Source: Eledone cirrhosa
Taxonomy: Eukaryota
Length of the DNA: 64,000 nt
Assembly (NCBI GenBank): GCA_964016885.1
Contig: OZ024741.1
Location: 17,422,001 to 17,486,000 of the forward strand
Direction: 5' to 3'
The notes under the pieces were generated by a model, which was not told where the DNA came from, did no database searches, and saw only the letters and a program-made list of their open reading frames with translations. The position numbers were made by a program, and so were the translations under genes. Positions within the stretch are counted from its first letter, which is position 1. Each line of letters opens with the position of its first letter. Shown in pieces: positions 9,001 to 24,000 of the stretch.

Positions 9001-12000
9001 CTCCACCGATACTGCCAATCCACCACCCTAACATGGCGTCAGACCCTCTACCGATACTGCCAATCCACCACCCTAACATGGCGTCAGACCCTCTACCGAT
9101 ACTGCCAATCCACCACCCTAACATGGCGTCTGACCCTCCACCGATACTGCCAATCCACCACCCTAACATGGCGTCTGACCCTCCACCGATACTGCCAATC
9201 AACCACCCTAACATGGCCTCTGACCCTCCACCGATACTACCAATCCACCACCCTAACATAGCGTCAGACCCTCTACCGATACTGCCAATCCACCACCCTA
9301 ACATGCCGTCCGACCCTCCACCGATACTGCCAATCCACCACCCTAACATGGCGTCCGACCCTCCACCGATACTACCAATCCACCACCCTAACATGGGGTC
9401 AGACCCTCTACCGATACTGCCAATCCACCACCCTAACATCGCGTCCTACCAACCACCGATACTGCCAATCCACCACCCTAGCATGGCGTCAGACCCGCCA
9501 CCGATACTACCAGTCCACCACCCTAACATGGCGTCAGACCCTCTACCGATACTGCCAATCCACCACCCTAACATCGCGTCCTACCCACCACCGATACTGC
9601 CAATCCACCACCCTAGCATGGCGTCAGACCCTGCACCGATACTACCAGTCCACCACCCTAACATGGCGTCCTACCCTCTACCGATACTGCCAATCCACCA
9701 CCCTAACATGGCGTCCTACCCTCCACCGATACTGCCAATCCACCACCCTAATTTGGCGTCAGACCCTCCACCGATACTACCAATCCACCACCCTAACATG
9801 GCGTCCGACCATCTACCGATACTGCCAATCCACCACCCTAACATGGCGTCCTACCCTCCACCGATACTGCCAATCCACCACCCTAACTTGGCGTCAGACC
9901 CTCCACCGATACTACCAATCCACCACCCTAACATGGCGTCCGACCATCTACCGATACTGCCAATCCACCACCCTAACATGGCGTCAGAACCTCTACCGAT
10001 ACTACCAATCCACCACCCTAACATGGCGTCCTACCCTCCACCGATACTGCCAATCCACCACCCTAACATGGCATCAGATCCTCTACCGATACTGCCAATC
10101 CACCACCCTAGCATGGCTTCAGACCCTCCACCGATACTACCAATCCACCACCCTAACATGGCGTCAGACCCTCTACCGATACTACCAATCCACCACCCTA
10201 ACATGGCGTCAGACCCTCTACCGATACTGCCAATCCACCACCCTAACATGGCGTCAGACCCTCTACCGATACTGCCAATCCACCACCCTAACATGGCGTC
10301 TGACCCTCTACCGATACTACCAATCAACCACCCTAACATGGCGTCTGATCCTCTACCGATACTACCAATCAACCACCCTAACATGGCGTCCAACCCTCTA
10401 CCGATACTACCAATCCACCACCCTAACATGGCGTCTGAACCTCTACCGATACTACCAATCAACCAGCCTAACATGGCGTCCAACCCTCTACATATACTAC
10501 CAATCCACCACCCTAACATGGCGTCTGACCCTCTACCGATACTACCAATCAACCACCCTAACATGGCGTCTGACCCTCTACCGATACTACCAATCAACCA
10601 CCCTAACATGGCGTCTGACCCTCTACCGATACTACCAATCAACCACCCTAACATGGCGTCCAACCCTCTACCGATACTACCAATCCACCACCCTAACATG
10701 GCGTCTGACCCTCTACCGATACTACCAATCAACCACCCTAACATGGCGTCTGACCCTCTACCGATACTACCAATCCACCACCCTAACATTGCGACAGACC
10801 CTCTACCGATACTGCCAATCCACCACCCTAGCATGGCGTCCAACCCTCTACCGATACTACCAATCCACCACCCTAACATGGCGTCCTACCCTCTACCGAT
10901 ACTACCAATCCACCACCCTAGCATGGCGTCCGACCCTCTACCGATACTACCAATCCACCACCCTAGCATGGCGTCCGACCCACTACCGATACTGCCAATC
11001 CACCACCCTACCATGGCGTCAGACCCTCTACCGATACTGTCAATCCACCACCCTAACATGGCGTCAGACCCTCTACCGATACTGCCAATCCACCACCCTA
11101 ACATGGCGTCAGACCCTCCACCGATACTGCCAATCCACCACCCTAACATGGCATCAGACCCTCCACCGATACTGCCAATCCACCACCCTAACATGGCATC
11201 AGACCCTCCACCGATACTGCCAATCCACCACCCTAACATGGCATCAGCCCCTCCACCGATACTGCCAATCCACCACCCTAACATGTCGTCCGACCCTCTA
11301 CCGATACTACCTATCCACCACCCTAACATGGCGTCAGACCCTCCACCGATACTGCCAATCCACCACCCTAACATGGCATCAGACCCTCTACCGATACTGC
11401 CAATCCACCACCCTAACATGGCGTCAGACCCTCTACCGAAACTACCAATCAACCACCCTAACATGGCGTCCTACACTCCACCGATACTGTCAATCCACCA
11501 CCCTAACATGGCATCAGACCCTCTACCGATACTGCCAATCCACCACCCTAACATAGCGTCTGACCCTCTACCACCCTAACATAGCGTCCTACCCTCCACC
11601 GATACTGCCAATCCACCACCCTAACATGGCGTCTGACCCTCTACCGATACTACCAATACACCACCCTAACATAGCGTCCAACCCTCTACCGAAACTACCA
11701 ATCCACCACCCTAACATGGCGTCAGACCCTCTACCGATACTGCCAATCCACCACCCTAGCATGGCATCCAACCCTCTACCGATACTACCAATCCACCACC
11801 CTAACATGGCGTCCTACCCTCTACCGATACTACCAATCCACCACCCTAGCATGGCGTCCAACCCTCTACCGATACTACCAATCCACCACCCTAACATGGC
11901 GTCCGACTCTCTACCGATACTACCAATCCACCACCCTAGCATGGCGTCCGACCCTCTACCGATACTACCAATCCACCACACTAGCATGGCGTCCGGCCCT

Positions 12001-15000
12001 CTACCGATACTACCAATCCACCACCCTAACATGGCGTCAGACCCTCTACCGATACTACCAATCCGCCACCCTAACATGGCGTCAGACCCTCTACCGATAC
12101 TACCAATCCACTACCATAATATGGCGTCTGACCCTCCACCGATACTGCCAATCCACCACCCTAACATGGCGTCAGACCCTCCACCGATACTGCCAATCAA
12201 CCACCCTAACATGGCGTCTGACCCTCCACCGATACTGCCAATCCACCACCCTAACATACCGTCAGACCCTCTACCGATACTGCCAATCCACCACCCTAAC
12301 ATGGCGTCCGACCCTCCACCGATACTACCAATCCACCACCCTAACATGGGGTCAGACCCTCTACCTATACTGCCAATCCACCACCCTAACATCGCGTCCT
12401 ACCCACCACCGATACTGCCAATCCACCACCCTAGCATGGCGTCAGACCCTGCACCGATACTACCAGTCCACTACCCTAACATGGCGTCCTACCCTCTACC
12501 GATACTGCCAATCCACGACCCTAACATGGCGTCCTACCCTCCACCGATACTACCAATCCACCACCCTAACTTGGCGTCAGACCCTCCACCGATACTGCCA
12601 ATCCACCACCCTAACATGGCATCAGATCCTCTAACGATACTGCCAATCAACCACCCTAGCATGGCTTCAGACCCTCCACCGATACTACCAATCAACCACC
12701 CTAACATGGCGTCAGACCCTCTACCGATACTGTCAATCCACCACCCTAACATGGCGTCTGACCCTCTACCGATACTACCAATCAAGCACCCTAACATGGC
12801 GTCTGACCCTCTACCGATACTACCAATCAACCACCCTAACATGGCGTCCAACCCTCTACCGATACTACCAATCAACCACCCTAACATGGCGTCTGACCCT
12901 CTACCGATACTACCAATCCACCACCCTAACATGGCGTCTGACCCTCTACCGATACTACCAATCCACCACCCTAACATGGCGTCTGACCCTCTACCGATAC
13001 TACCAATCAACCACCCTAACATGGCGTCTGACCGTCTACCGATACTACCAATCCACCACCCTAACATGGCGTCAGACCCTCTACCGATACTGCCAATCCA
13101 CAACCCTAGCATGGCGTCCAACCCTCTACCGATACTACCAATCCACCACCCTAACATGGCGTCCTACCCTCTACCGATACTACCAATCCACCACCCTAGC
13201 ATGGCGTCCGACCCTCTACCGATACTACCAATCCACCACCCTAGCATGGCGTCCGACCCTCTACCGATACTACCAATCCACCACCCTAACATGGCGTCAG
13301 ACCCTCTACCGATACTACCAATCCGCCACCCTAACATGGCGTCAGACCATCTACCGATACTACCAATCCACCACACTAGCATGGCGTCCGACCCTCTGCC
13401 GATACTACCAATCCACCACCCTAGCATGGCGTCCGACCCTCTACCGATACTACCAATCCACCACCCTAACATGGCGTCAGACCCTCTACCGATACTACCA
13501 ATCCACTACCCTAATATGGCGTCAGACCCTCTACCGAAACTACCAATCCACCACCCTAACATGGCGTCTGACCCTCTACCGATACTACCAATCCACCACC
13601 CTAACATGGCGTCAGACCCTCTACCGATACTGCCAATCCACCACCCTAGCATGGCATCCAACCCTCTACCGATACTACCAATCCACCACCCTAACATGGC
13701 GTCCTACCCTCTACCGATACTACCAATCCACCACCCTAGCATGGCGTCCAACCCTCTACCGATACTACCAATCCACCACCCTAACATGGCGTCCGACTCT
13801 CTACCGATACTACCAATCCACCACCCTAGCATGGCGTCCGACCCTCTACCGATACTACCAATCCACCACACTAGCATGGCGTCCGGCACTCTACCGATAC
13901 TACCAATCCACCACCCTAACATGGCGTCAGACCCTCTACCGATACTACCAATCCGCCACCCTAACATGGCGTCAGACCCTCTACCGATACTACCAATCCA
14001 CTACCATAATATGGCGTCTGACCCTCCACCGATACTGCCAATCCACCACCCTAACATGGCGTCAGACCCTCTACCGATACTGCCAATCCACCACCCTAAC
14101 ATGGCGTCTGACCCTCCACCGATACTGCCAATCAACCACCCTAACATGGCGTCTGACCCTCCACCGATACTGCCAATCCACCACCCTAACATACCGTCAG
14201 ACCCTCTACCGATACTGCCAATCCACCACCCTAACATGGCGTCCGACCCTCCACCGATACTACCAATCCACCACCCTAACATGGGGTCAGACCCTCTACC
14301 TATACTGCCAATCCACCACCCTAACATCGCGTCCTACCCACCACCGATACTGCCAATCCACCACCCTAGCATGGCGTCAGACCCTGCACCGATACTACCA
14401 GTCCACTACCCTAACATGGCGTCCTACCCTCTACCGATACTGCCAATCCACCACCCTAACATGGCGTCCTACCCTCCACCGATACTACCAATCCACCACC
14501 CTAACTTGGCGTCAGACGCTCCACCGATACTACCAATCCACCACCCTAACATGGCGTCAGAACCTCTACCGATACTACCAATCCACCACCCTAACATGGC
14601 GTCCTACCCTCCACCGATACTGCCAATCCACCACCCTAACATGGCATCAGATCCTCTAACGATACTGCCAATCAACCACCCTAGCATGGCTTCAGACCCT
14701 CCACCGATACTACCAATCAACCACCCTAACATGGCGTCAGTCCCTCTACCGATACTGTCAATCCACCACCCTAACATGGCGTCTGACCCTCTACCGATAC
14801 TACCAATCAAGCACCCTAACATGGCGTCTGACCCTCTACCGATACTACCAATCAACCACCCTAACATGGCGTCCAACCCTCTACCGATACTACCAATCAA
14901 CCACCCTAACATGGCGTCTGACCCTCTACCGATACTACCAATCCACCACCCTAACATGGCGTCTGACCCTCTACCGATACTACCAATCCACCACCCTAAC

Positions 15001-18000
15001 ATGGCGTCTGACCCTCTACCGATACTACCAATCAACCACCCTAACATGGCGTCTGACCGTCTACCGATACTACCAATCCACCACCCTAACATGGCGTCAG
15101 ACCCTCTACCGATACTGCCAATCCACAACCCTAGCATGGCGTCCAACCCTCTACCGATACTACCAATCCACCACCCTAACATGGCGTCCTACCCTCTACC
15201 GATACTACCAATCCACCACCCTAGCATGGCGTCCGACCCTCTACCGATACTACCAATCCACCACACTAGCATGGCGTCCGACCCTCTACCGATACTACCA
15301 ATCCACCACCCTAACATGGCGTCAGACCCTCTACCGATACTACCAATCCGCCACCCTAACATGGCGTCAGACCATCTACCGATACTACCAATCCACCACA
15401 CTAGCATGGCGTCCGACCCTCTGCCGATACTACCAATCCACCACCCTAGCATGGCGTCCGACCCTCTACCGATACTACCAATCCACCACCCTAACATGGC
15501 GTCAGACCCTCTACCGATACTACCAATCCACTACCCTAATATGGCGTCTGACCCTCCACCGATACTGCCAATCCACCACCCTAACATGGCGTCAGACCCT
15601 CTACCGATACTGCCAATCCACCACCCTAACATGGCGTCTGACCCTCCACCGATACTGCCAATCCACCACCCTAACATGGCGTCTGACCCTCCACCGATAG
15701 TGCCAATCCACTACCCTAACATGGCGTCCGACCCTCCACCGATACTACCAATCCACCACCCTAACATGGGGTCAAACCCTCTACCGATACTGCCAATCCA
15801 CCACCCTAACACCGCGTCCTACCCACCACCGATACTGCCAATCAACCACCCTAACATGGCGTCAGACCCTCCACCGATACTACCAATCCACCACCCTAAC
15901 ATGGAGTCCTACCCTCCACCGATACTGCCAATCCACCACCCTAACATAGCGTCCTACCCTCCACCGATACTGCCAATCCACCACCCTAACATGGCGTCCT
16001 ACCCTCTACCGATACTGCCAATCCACCACCCTAACATGGCGTCCTACCCTCCACCGATACTGCCAATCCACCACCCTAACTTGGCGTCAGACCCTCCACC
16101 GATACTACCAATCCACCACCCTAACATGGCGTCCGACCGTCTACCGATACTGCCAATCCACCACCCTAACATGGCGTCAGAACCTCTACCGATACTACCA
16201 ATCCACCACCCTAACATGGCGTCCTACCCTCCACCGATACTCCCAATCCACCACCCTAACATGGCTTCAGACCCTCCACCGATACTACCAATCCACCACC
16301 CTAGCATGGCGTCCGACACTCTACCGATACTACCAATCCACCACACTAGCATGGCGTCCGACCTTCTACCGATACTGCCAATCCACCACCCTAGCATAGC
16401 GTCAGACCCTCCACCGATACTACCAATCCACCACCCTAGCATGGTGTACGACCCTCTACCGATACTACCAATCCACCACCCTAACACGGCGTCAGACCCT
16501 CTACCGATACTACCAATCCGCCAGCCTAGCATGGCGTCCATCCCTCTACCGATACTGCCAATCCACCACCCTAACATGGCGTCAGACCCTCCACCGATAC
16601 TGCCAATCAACCACCCTAACATGGCGTCGAACCCTCTACCGATACTGCCAATCTACCAGCCTAGCATGGCGTCAGACCCTCTACCGATACTGTCAATCCA
16701 CCACCCTAACATGGCGTCAGACCCTTTACCGATACTGTCAATCCACCACCCTAACATGGCGTCAGACCCTCCACCGATACTGCCAATCAACCACCCTAAC
16801 ATGGCGTCAGACCCTCCACCGATACTGCCAATCTACCAGCCTAGCATGGCGTCAGACCCTCTACCGATACTACCAATCCACCACCCTAGCATGGCGTCAG
16901 ACCCTCTACCGATACTGTCAATCCACCGCCCTAACATGGCGTCAGACCCTCCACCGATACTGTCAATCCACCACCCTAACATGGCGTCAGACCCTCTACT
17001 GATACTGTCAATCCACCACCCTAACATGGCGTCAGACCCTCCACCGATACTACCAATCCACCACCCTAACATGGCATCAGACCCTCCACCGATACTGCCA
17101 ATCCACCACCCTAACATGGCGTCAGACCCTCCACCGATACTGCCAATCCACCACCCTAACATGGCGTCAGACCCTCTACCGATACTACCAATCAACCACC
17201 CTAACATGGCGTCCTACCCTCCACCGATACTGCCAATCCACCACCCTAACATGGCGTCAGACGCTCTATCGGTACTACCAATCCACCACCATAGCATGGC
17301 GTCCGACCCTCTACCGATACTACCTATCCACCACCCTAAAATGGAGTCAGACCCTCCACCGATACTGCCAATCCACCACCCTATCATGGCGTCCGACCCT
17401 CCACCGATACTGCCAATCCACCACCCTAACATGGCATCAGACCCTCTACCGATACTGCCAATCCACCACCCTAACATGGCATCAGACCCTCCACCGATAC
17501 TGCCAATCCACCACCCTAGCATGGCGTCCGACCCTCTACCGATACTACCTCTCCACCACCCTAACATGGCGTCAGACCCTCCACCGATACTGCCAATCCA
17601 CCACCCTAACATGGTATCAGACCCTCTACCGATACTGCCAATCCACCACCCTAACATGGCGTCAGACCCTCTACCGAAACTACCAATCAACCACCCTAAC
17701 ATTGCGTCCTACCCTCCACCGATACTGCCAATCCACCACCCTAACATAGCGTCTGACCCTCTATCACCCTAACATAGCGTCCTACCCTCCACCGAAACTG
17801 CCAATCCGCCACCCTAATATGGCGTCAGACCCTCCACCGATACTGCCAATCCACCACCCTAACATGGCGTCTGACCCTATACCGATACTACCAATCCACC
17901 ACCCTAACATGGCGTCAGACACTCTACCGATACTGCCAATCCACCACCCTAGCATGGCGTCTGACCCTATACCGATACTACCAATCCACCACCCTAACAT

Positions 18001-21000
18001 GGCGTCAGACCCTCCACCGATACTGCCAATCCACCACCCTAACATGGCGTCTGACCCTATACCGATACTACCAATCCACCACCCTAACATGGCGTCAGAC
18101 CCTCCACCGATACTGCCAATCCACCACCCTAACATGGCGTCAGACCCTCCACCGATACTGCCAATCCACCACCCTAACATGGCGTCAGACCCTCCACCGA
18201 TACTGCCAATCCACCATCCTAACATGGCGTCAGACCCTCTACCGATACTACCAATCCACCACCCTAAAATGGCGTCCTACCCTCCACCGATACTGCCAAT
18301 CCACCACCCTAACATGGCGTCCTACCCTCCACCGATACTGCCAATCCACCACCCTAACATGGCGTCCGACCCTCCACCGATACTGCCAATCCACCACCCT
18401 AACATGGTGTCAGACCCTCCACCGATACTGCCAATCCACCACCCTAGCATGGCTTCAGACCCTCCACCGATACTACCAATCCAGCACCCTAACATGGCGT
18501 CAGACCCTCTACCAATACTATCAATCCACCACCTTAACATGGCGTCCTACCCTCCACCGATACTGTCAATCCACCACCCTAGCATGGCGTCCGACCCTCT
18601 ACCGATACTACCAATCCACCACACTAGCATGGCCTCCGACCCTCTACCGATACTGCCAATCCACCACCCTAGCATGGTGTCCGACCCTTTACCGATACTA
18701 CCAATCCACCACCCTAGTAGGCGTCAGACCCTCCACCGATACTACCAATCCACCACCCTAACATGGCGTCAGATCCTCTACCGCTACTGCCAATCCACCA
18801 CCCTAGCATGGCGTCCGACCCTCTACCGATACTACCAATCCACCACCCTAACATGGCGTCAGACCCTCTACCGATACTACCAATCAACCACCCTAACATG
18901 GCGTCCTACACTCCACCGATACTGCCAATCCATAACCCTAACAAGGCGTCAGACGCTCTTCCGATACTACCAATCCACCACCCTAGCATGGCGTCCGACC
19001 CTCTACCGATATTACCTATCCACCACCCTAACATGGAGTCAGACCCTCCACCGATACTGCCAATCCACCACCCTAGCATGGCGTCCGACCCTCTACCGAT
19101 ACTACCTATCCACCACCCTAACATGGCGTCAGACCCTCCACCGATACTGCCAATACACCACCCTAGCATGGCGTCAGACCCTCTACCGATACTACCAATC
19201 AACCACCCTAACATGGCGTCAGACCCTCCACCGATACTACCAATCTACCAGCCTAGCATGGCGTCAGACCCTCTACCGATACTACCAATCCACCACCCTA
19301 GCATGGCGTCAGACCCTCTACCGATACTGTCAATCCACCACCCTAACATGGCGTCAGACCCTCTACCGATACTGTCAATCCACCACCCTAACATGGCGTC
19401 AGACCCTCCACCGATACTGTCAATCCACCACCCTAGCATGGCGTCAGACCCTCTACCGATACTGTCAATCCACCACCCTAACATGGCGTCAGACCCTCCA
19501 CCGATACTGCCAATCCACCACCCTAACATGGCGTCAGACCCTCCACCGATACTGCCAATCCACCACCCTAACATGGCGTCAGACCCTCTACCGATACTAC
19601 CAATCAACCACCCTAACATGGCGTCCTACCCTCCACCGAATCTGCCAATCCACCACCCAAACATGGCGTCAGACGCTCTACCGATACAAACAATCCACCA
19701 CCCTAGCATGGCGTCCGACCCTCTACCGATACTACCTATCCACCACCCTAACATGGAGTCAGACACTCCACGGATACTGCCAATCCACCACCCTAGCATG
19801 GCGTCCGACCCTCTACCGATACTGCCAATCCACCACCCTAACATGGCGTCAGACCCTCCACCGATACTGCCAATCAACCACCCTAACATGGCGTCGAACC
19901 CTCTACCGATACTGCCAATCTACCAGCCTAGCATGGCGTCAGACCCTCTACCGATACTGTCAATCCACCACCCTAACATGGCGTCAGACCCTTTACCGAT
20001 ACTGTCAATCCACCACCCTAACATGGCGTCAGACCCTCCACCGATACTGCCAATCAATCACCCTAACATGGCGTCAGACCCTCCACCGATACTGCCAATC
20101 TACCAGCCTAGCATGGCGTCAGACCCTCTACCGATACTACCAATCCACCACCCTAGCATGGCGTCAGACCCTCTACCGATACTGTCAATCCACCGCCCTA
20201 ACATGGCGTCAGACCCTCCACCGATACTGTCAATCCACCACCCTAGCATGGCGTCAGACCCTCTACCGATACTGTCAATCCACCACCCTAACATGGCGTC
20301 AGACCCTCTACCGATACTGTCAATCCACCACCCTAACATGGCGTCAGACCCTCCACCGATACTACCAATCCACCACCCTAACATGGCATCAGACCCTCCA
20401 CCGATACTGCCAATCCACCACCCTAACATGGCGTCAGACCCTCCACCAATACTGCCAATCCACCACCCTAACATGGCGTCAGACCCTCTACCGATACTAC
20501 CAATCAACCACCCTAACATGGCGTCCTACCCTCCACCGATACTGCCAATCCACCACCCTAACATGGCGTCAGACGCTCTACCGGTACTACCAATCCACCA
20601 CCATAGCATGGCGTCCGACCCTCTACCGATACTACCTATCCACCACCCTAAAATGGAGTCAGACCCTCCACCGATACTGCCAATCCACCACCCTATCATG
20701 GCGTCCGACCCTCCACCGATACTGCCAATCCACCACCCTAACATGGCATCAGACCCTCTACCGATACTGCCAATCCACCACCCTAACATGGCATCAGACC
20801 CTCCACCGATACTGCCAATCCACCACCCTAGCATGGCGTCCGACCCTCTACCGATACTACCTCTCCACCACCCTAACATGGCGTCAGACCCTCCACCGAT
20901 ACTGCCAATCCACCACCCTAACATGGTATCAGACCCTCTACCGATACTGCCAATCCACCACCCTAACATGGCGTCAGACCCTCTACCGAAACTACCAATC

Positions 21001-24000
21001 AACCACCCTAACATTGCGTCCTACCCTCCACCGATACTGCCAATCCACCACCCTAACATAGCGTCTGACCCTCTATCACCCTAACATAGCGTCCTACCCT
21101 CCACCGAAACTGCCAATCCGCCACCCTAATATGGCGTCAGACCCTCCACCGATACTGCCAATCCACCACCCTAACATGGCGTCTGACCCTATACCGATAC
21201 TACCAATCCACCACCCTAACATGGCGTCAGACCCTCTACCGATACTGCCAATCCACCACCCTAGCATGGCGTCTGACCCTATACCGATACTACCAATCCA
21301 CCACCCTAACATGGCGTCAGACCCTCCACCGATACTGCCAATCCACCACCCTAACATGGCGTCTGACCCTATACCGATACTACCAATCCACCACCCTAAC
21401 ATGGCGTCAGACCCTCCACCGATACTGCCAATCCACCACCCTAACATGGCGTCAGACCCTCCACCGATACTGCCAATCCACCACCCTAACATGGCGTCAG
21501 ACCCTCCACCGATACTGCCAATCCACCATCCTAACATGGCGTCAGACCCTCTACCGATACTACCAATCCACCACCCTAAAATGGCGTCCTACCCTCCACC
21601 GATACTGCCAATCCACCACCCTAACATGGCGTCCTACCCTCCACCGATACTGCCAATCCACCACCCTAACATGGCGTCCGACCCTCCACCGATACTGCCA
21701 ATCCACCACCCTAACATGGTGTCAGACCCTCCACCGATACTGCCAATCCACCACCCTAGCATGGCTTCAGACCCTCCACCGATACTACCAATCCAGCACC
21801 CTAACATGGCGTCAGACCCTCTACCAATACTATCAATCCACCACCTTAACATGGCGTCCTACCCTCCACCGATACTGTCAATCCACCACCCTAGCATGGC
21901 GTCCGACCCTCTACCGATACTACCAATCCACCACACTAGCATGGCCTCCGACCCTCTACCGATACTGCCAATCCACCACCCTAGCATGGTGTCCGACCCT
22001 CTACCGATACTACCAATCCACCACCCTAGTAGGCGTCAGACCCTCCACCGATACTACCAATCCACCACCCCAGCATGGTGTCCGACCCTCTACCGATACT
22101 ACCAATCCACCACCCTAACATGGCATCAGATCCTCTACCGATACTGCCAATCCACCACTCTAACATGGCGTCCGACCCTCTACCGATACTACCAATCCAC
22201 CACCCTAACATGGCGTCAGACCCTCAATCGATACTACCAATCAACCACCCTAACATGGCGTCAGACCCTCCACCGATACTACCAATCCGCCACCCTAGCA
22301 TGGCGTCCAACCCTCTACGATACTGCCAATCAACCACCCTATCATGGCGTCAGACCCTCCACCGATACTGCCAATCTACCACCCTAACATGGCGTCAGAC
22401 CCTCCACCGATACTGCCAATCCACCACCCTAGCATGGCGTCAGACCCTCTACCGATACTGTCAATCCACCACCCTAACATGGCGTCAGACCCTCTACCGA
22501 TACTGTCAATCCACCACCCTAACATGGCGTCAGACCCTCCACCGATACTACCAATCCGCCACCCTAGCATGGCGTCCAACCCTCTACGATACTGCCAATC
22601 AACCACCCTATCATGGCGTCAGACCCTCCACCGATACTGCCAATCTACCACCCTAACATGGCGTCAGACCCTCCACCGATACTGCCAATCCACCACCCTA
22701 GCATGGCGTCAGACCCTCTACCGATACTGTCAATCCACCACCCTAACATGGCGTCAGACCCTCCACCGATACTGCCAATCCACCACCCTAACATGGCGTC
22801 AGACCCTCTACCGACACTACCAATCAACCACCCTAACATGGCGTCCTACCCTCCACCGATACTACCAATCCACCACCCTAACATGGCGTCAGATCCTCTA
22901 CCGCTACTGCCAATCCACCACCCTAGCATGGCGTCCGACCCTCTACCGATACTACCAATCCACCACCCTAACATGGCGTCAGACCCTCTACCGATACTAC
23001 CAATCAACCACCCTAACATGGCGTCCTACACTCCACCGATACTGCCAATCCATAACCCTAACAAGGCGTCAGACGCTCTTCCGATACTACCAATCCACCA
23101 CCCTAGCATGGCGTCCGACCCTCTACCGATATTACCTATCCACCACCCTAACATGGAGTCAGACCCTCCACCGATACTGCCAATCCACCACCCTAGCATG
23201 GCGTCCGACCCTCTACCGATACTACCTATCCACCACCCTAACATGGCGTCAGACCCTCCACCGATACTGCCAATACACCACCCTAGCATGGCGTCAGACC
23301 CTCTACCGATACTACCAATCAACCACCCTAACATGGCGTCAGACCCTCCACCGATACTACCAATCTACCAGCCTAGCATGGCGTCAGACCCTCTACCGAT
23401 ACTACCAATCCACCACCCTAGCATGGCGTCAGACCCTCTACCGATACTGTCAATCCACCACCCTAACATGGCGTCAGACCCTCTACCGATACTGTCAATC
23501 CACCACCCTAACATGGCGTCAGACCCTCCACCGATACTGTCAATCCACCACCCTAGCATGGCGTCAGACCCTCTACCGATACTGTCAATCCACCACCCTA
23601 ACATGGCGTCAGACCCTCCACCGATACTGCCAATCCACCACCCTAACATGGCGTCAGACCCTCCACCGATACTGCCAATCCACCACCCTAACATGGCGTC
23701 AGACCCTCTACCGATACTACCAATCAACCACCCTAACATGGCGTCCTACCCTCCACCGAATCTGCCAATCCACCACCCTAACATGGCGTCAGACGCTCTA
23801 CCGATACAAACAATCCACCACCCTAGCATGGCGTCCGACCCTCTACCGATACTACCTATCCACCACCCTAACATGGAGTCAGACACTCCACGGATACTGC
23901 CAATCCACCACCCTAGCATGGCGTCCGACCCTCCACCGATACTGCCAATCCACCACCCTAACATGGCATCAGACCCTCTACCGATACTGCCAATCCACCA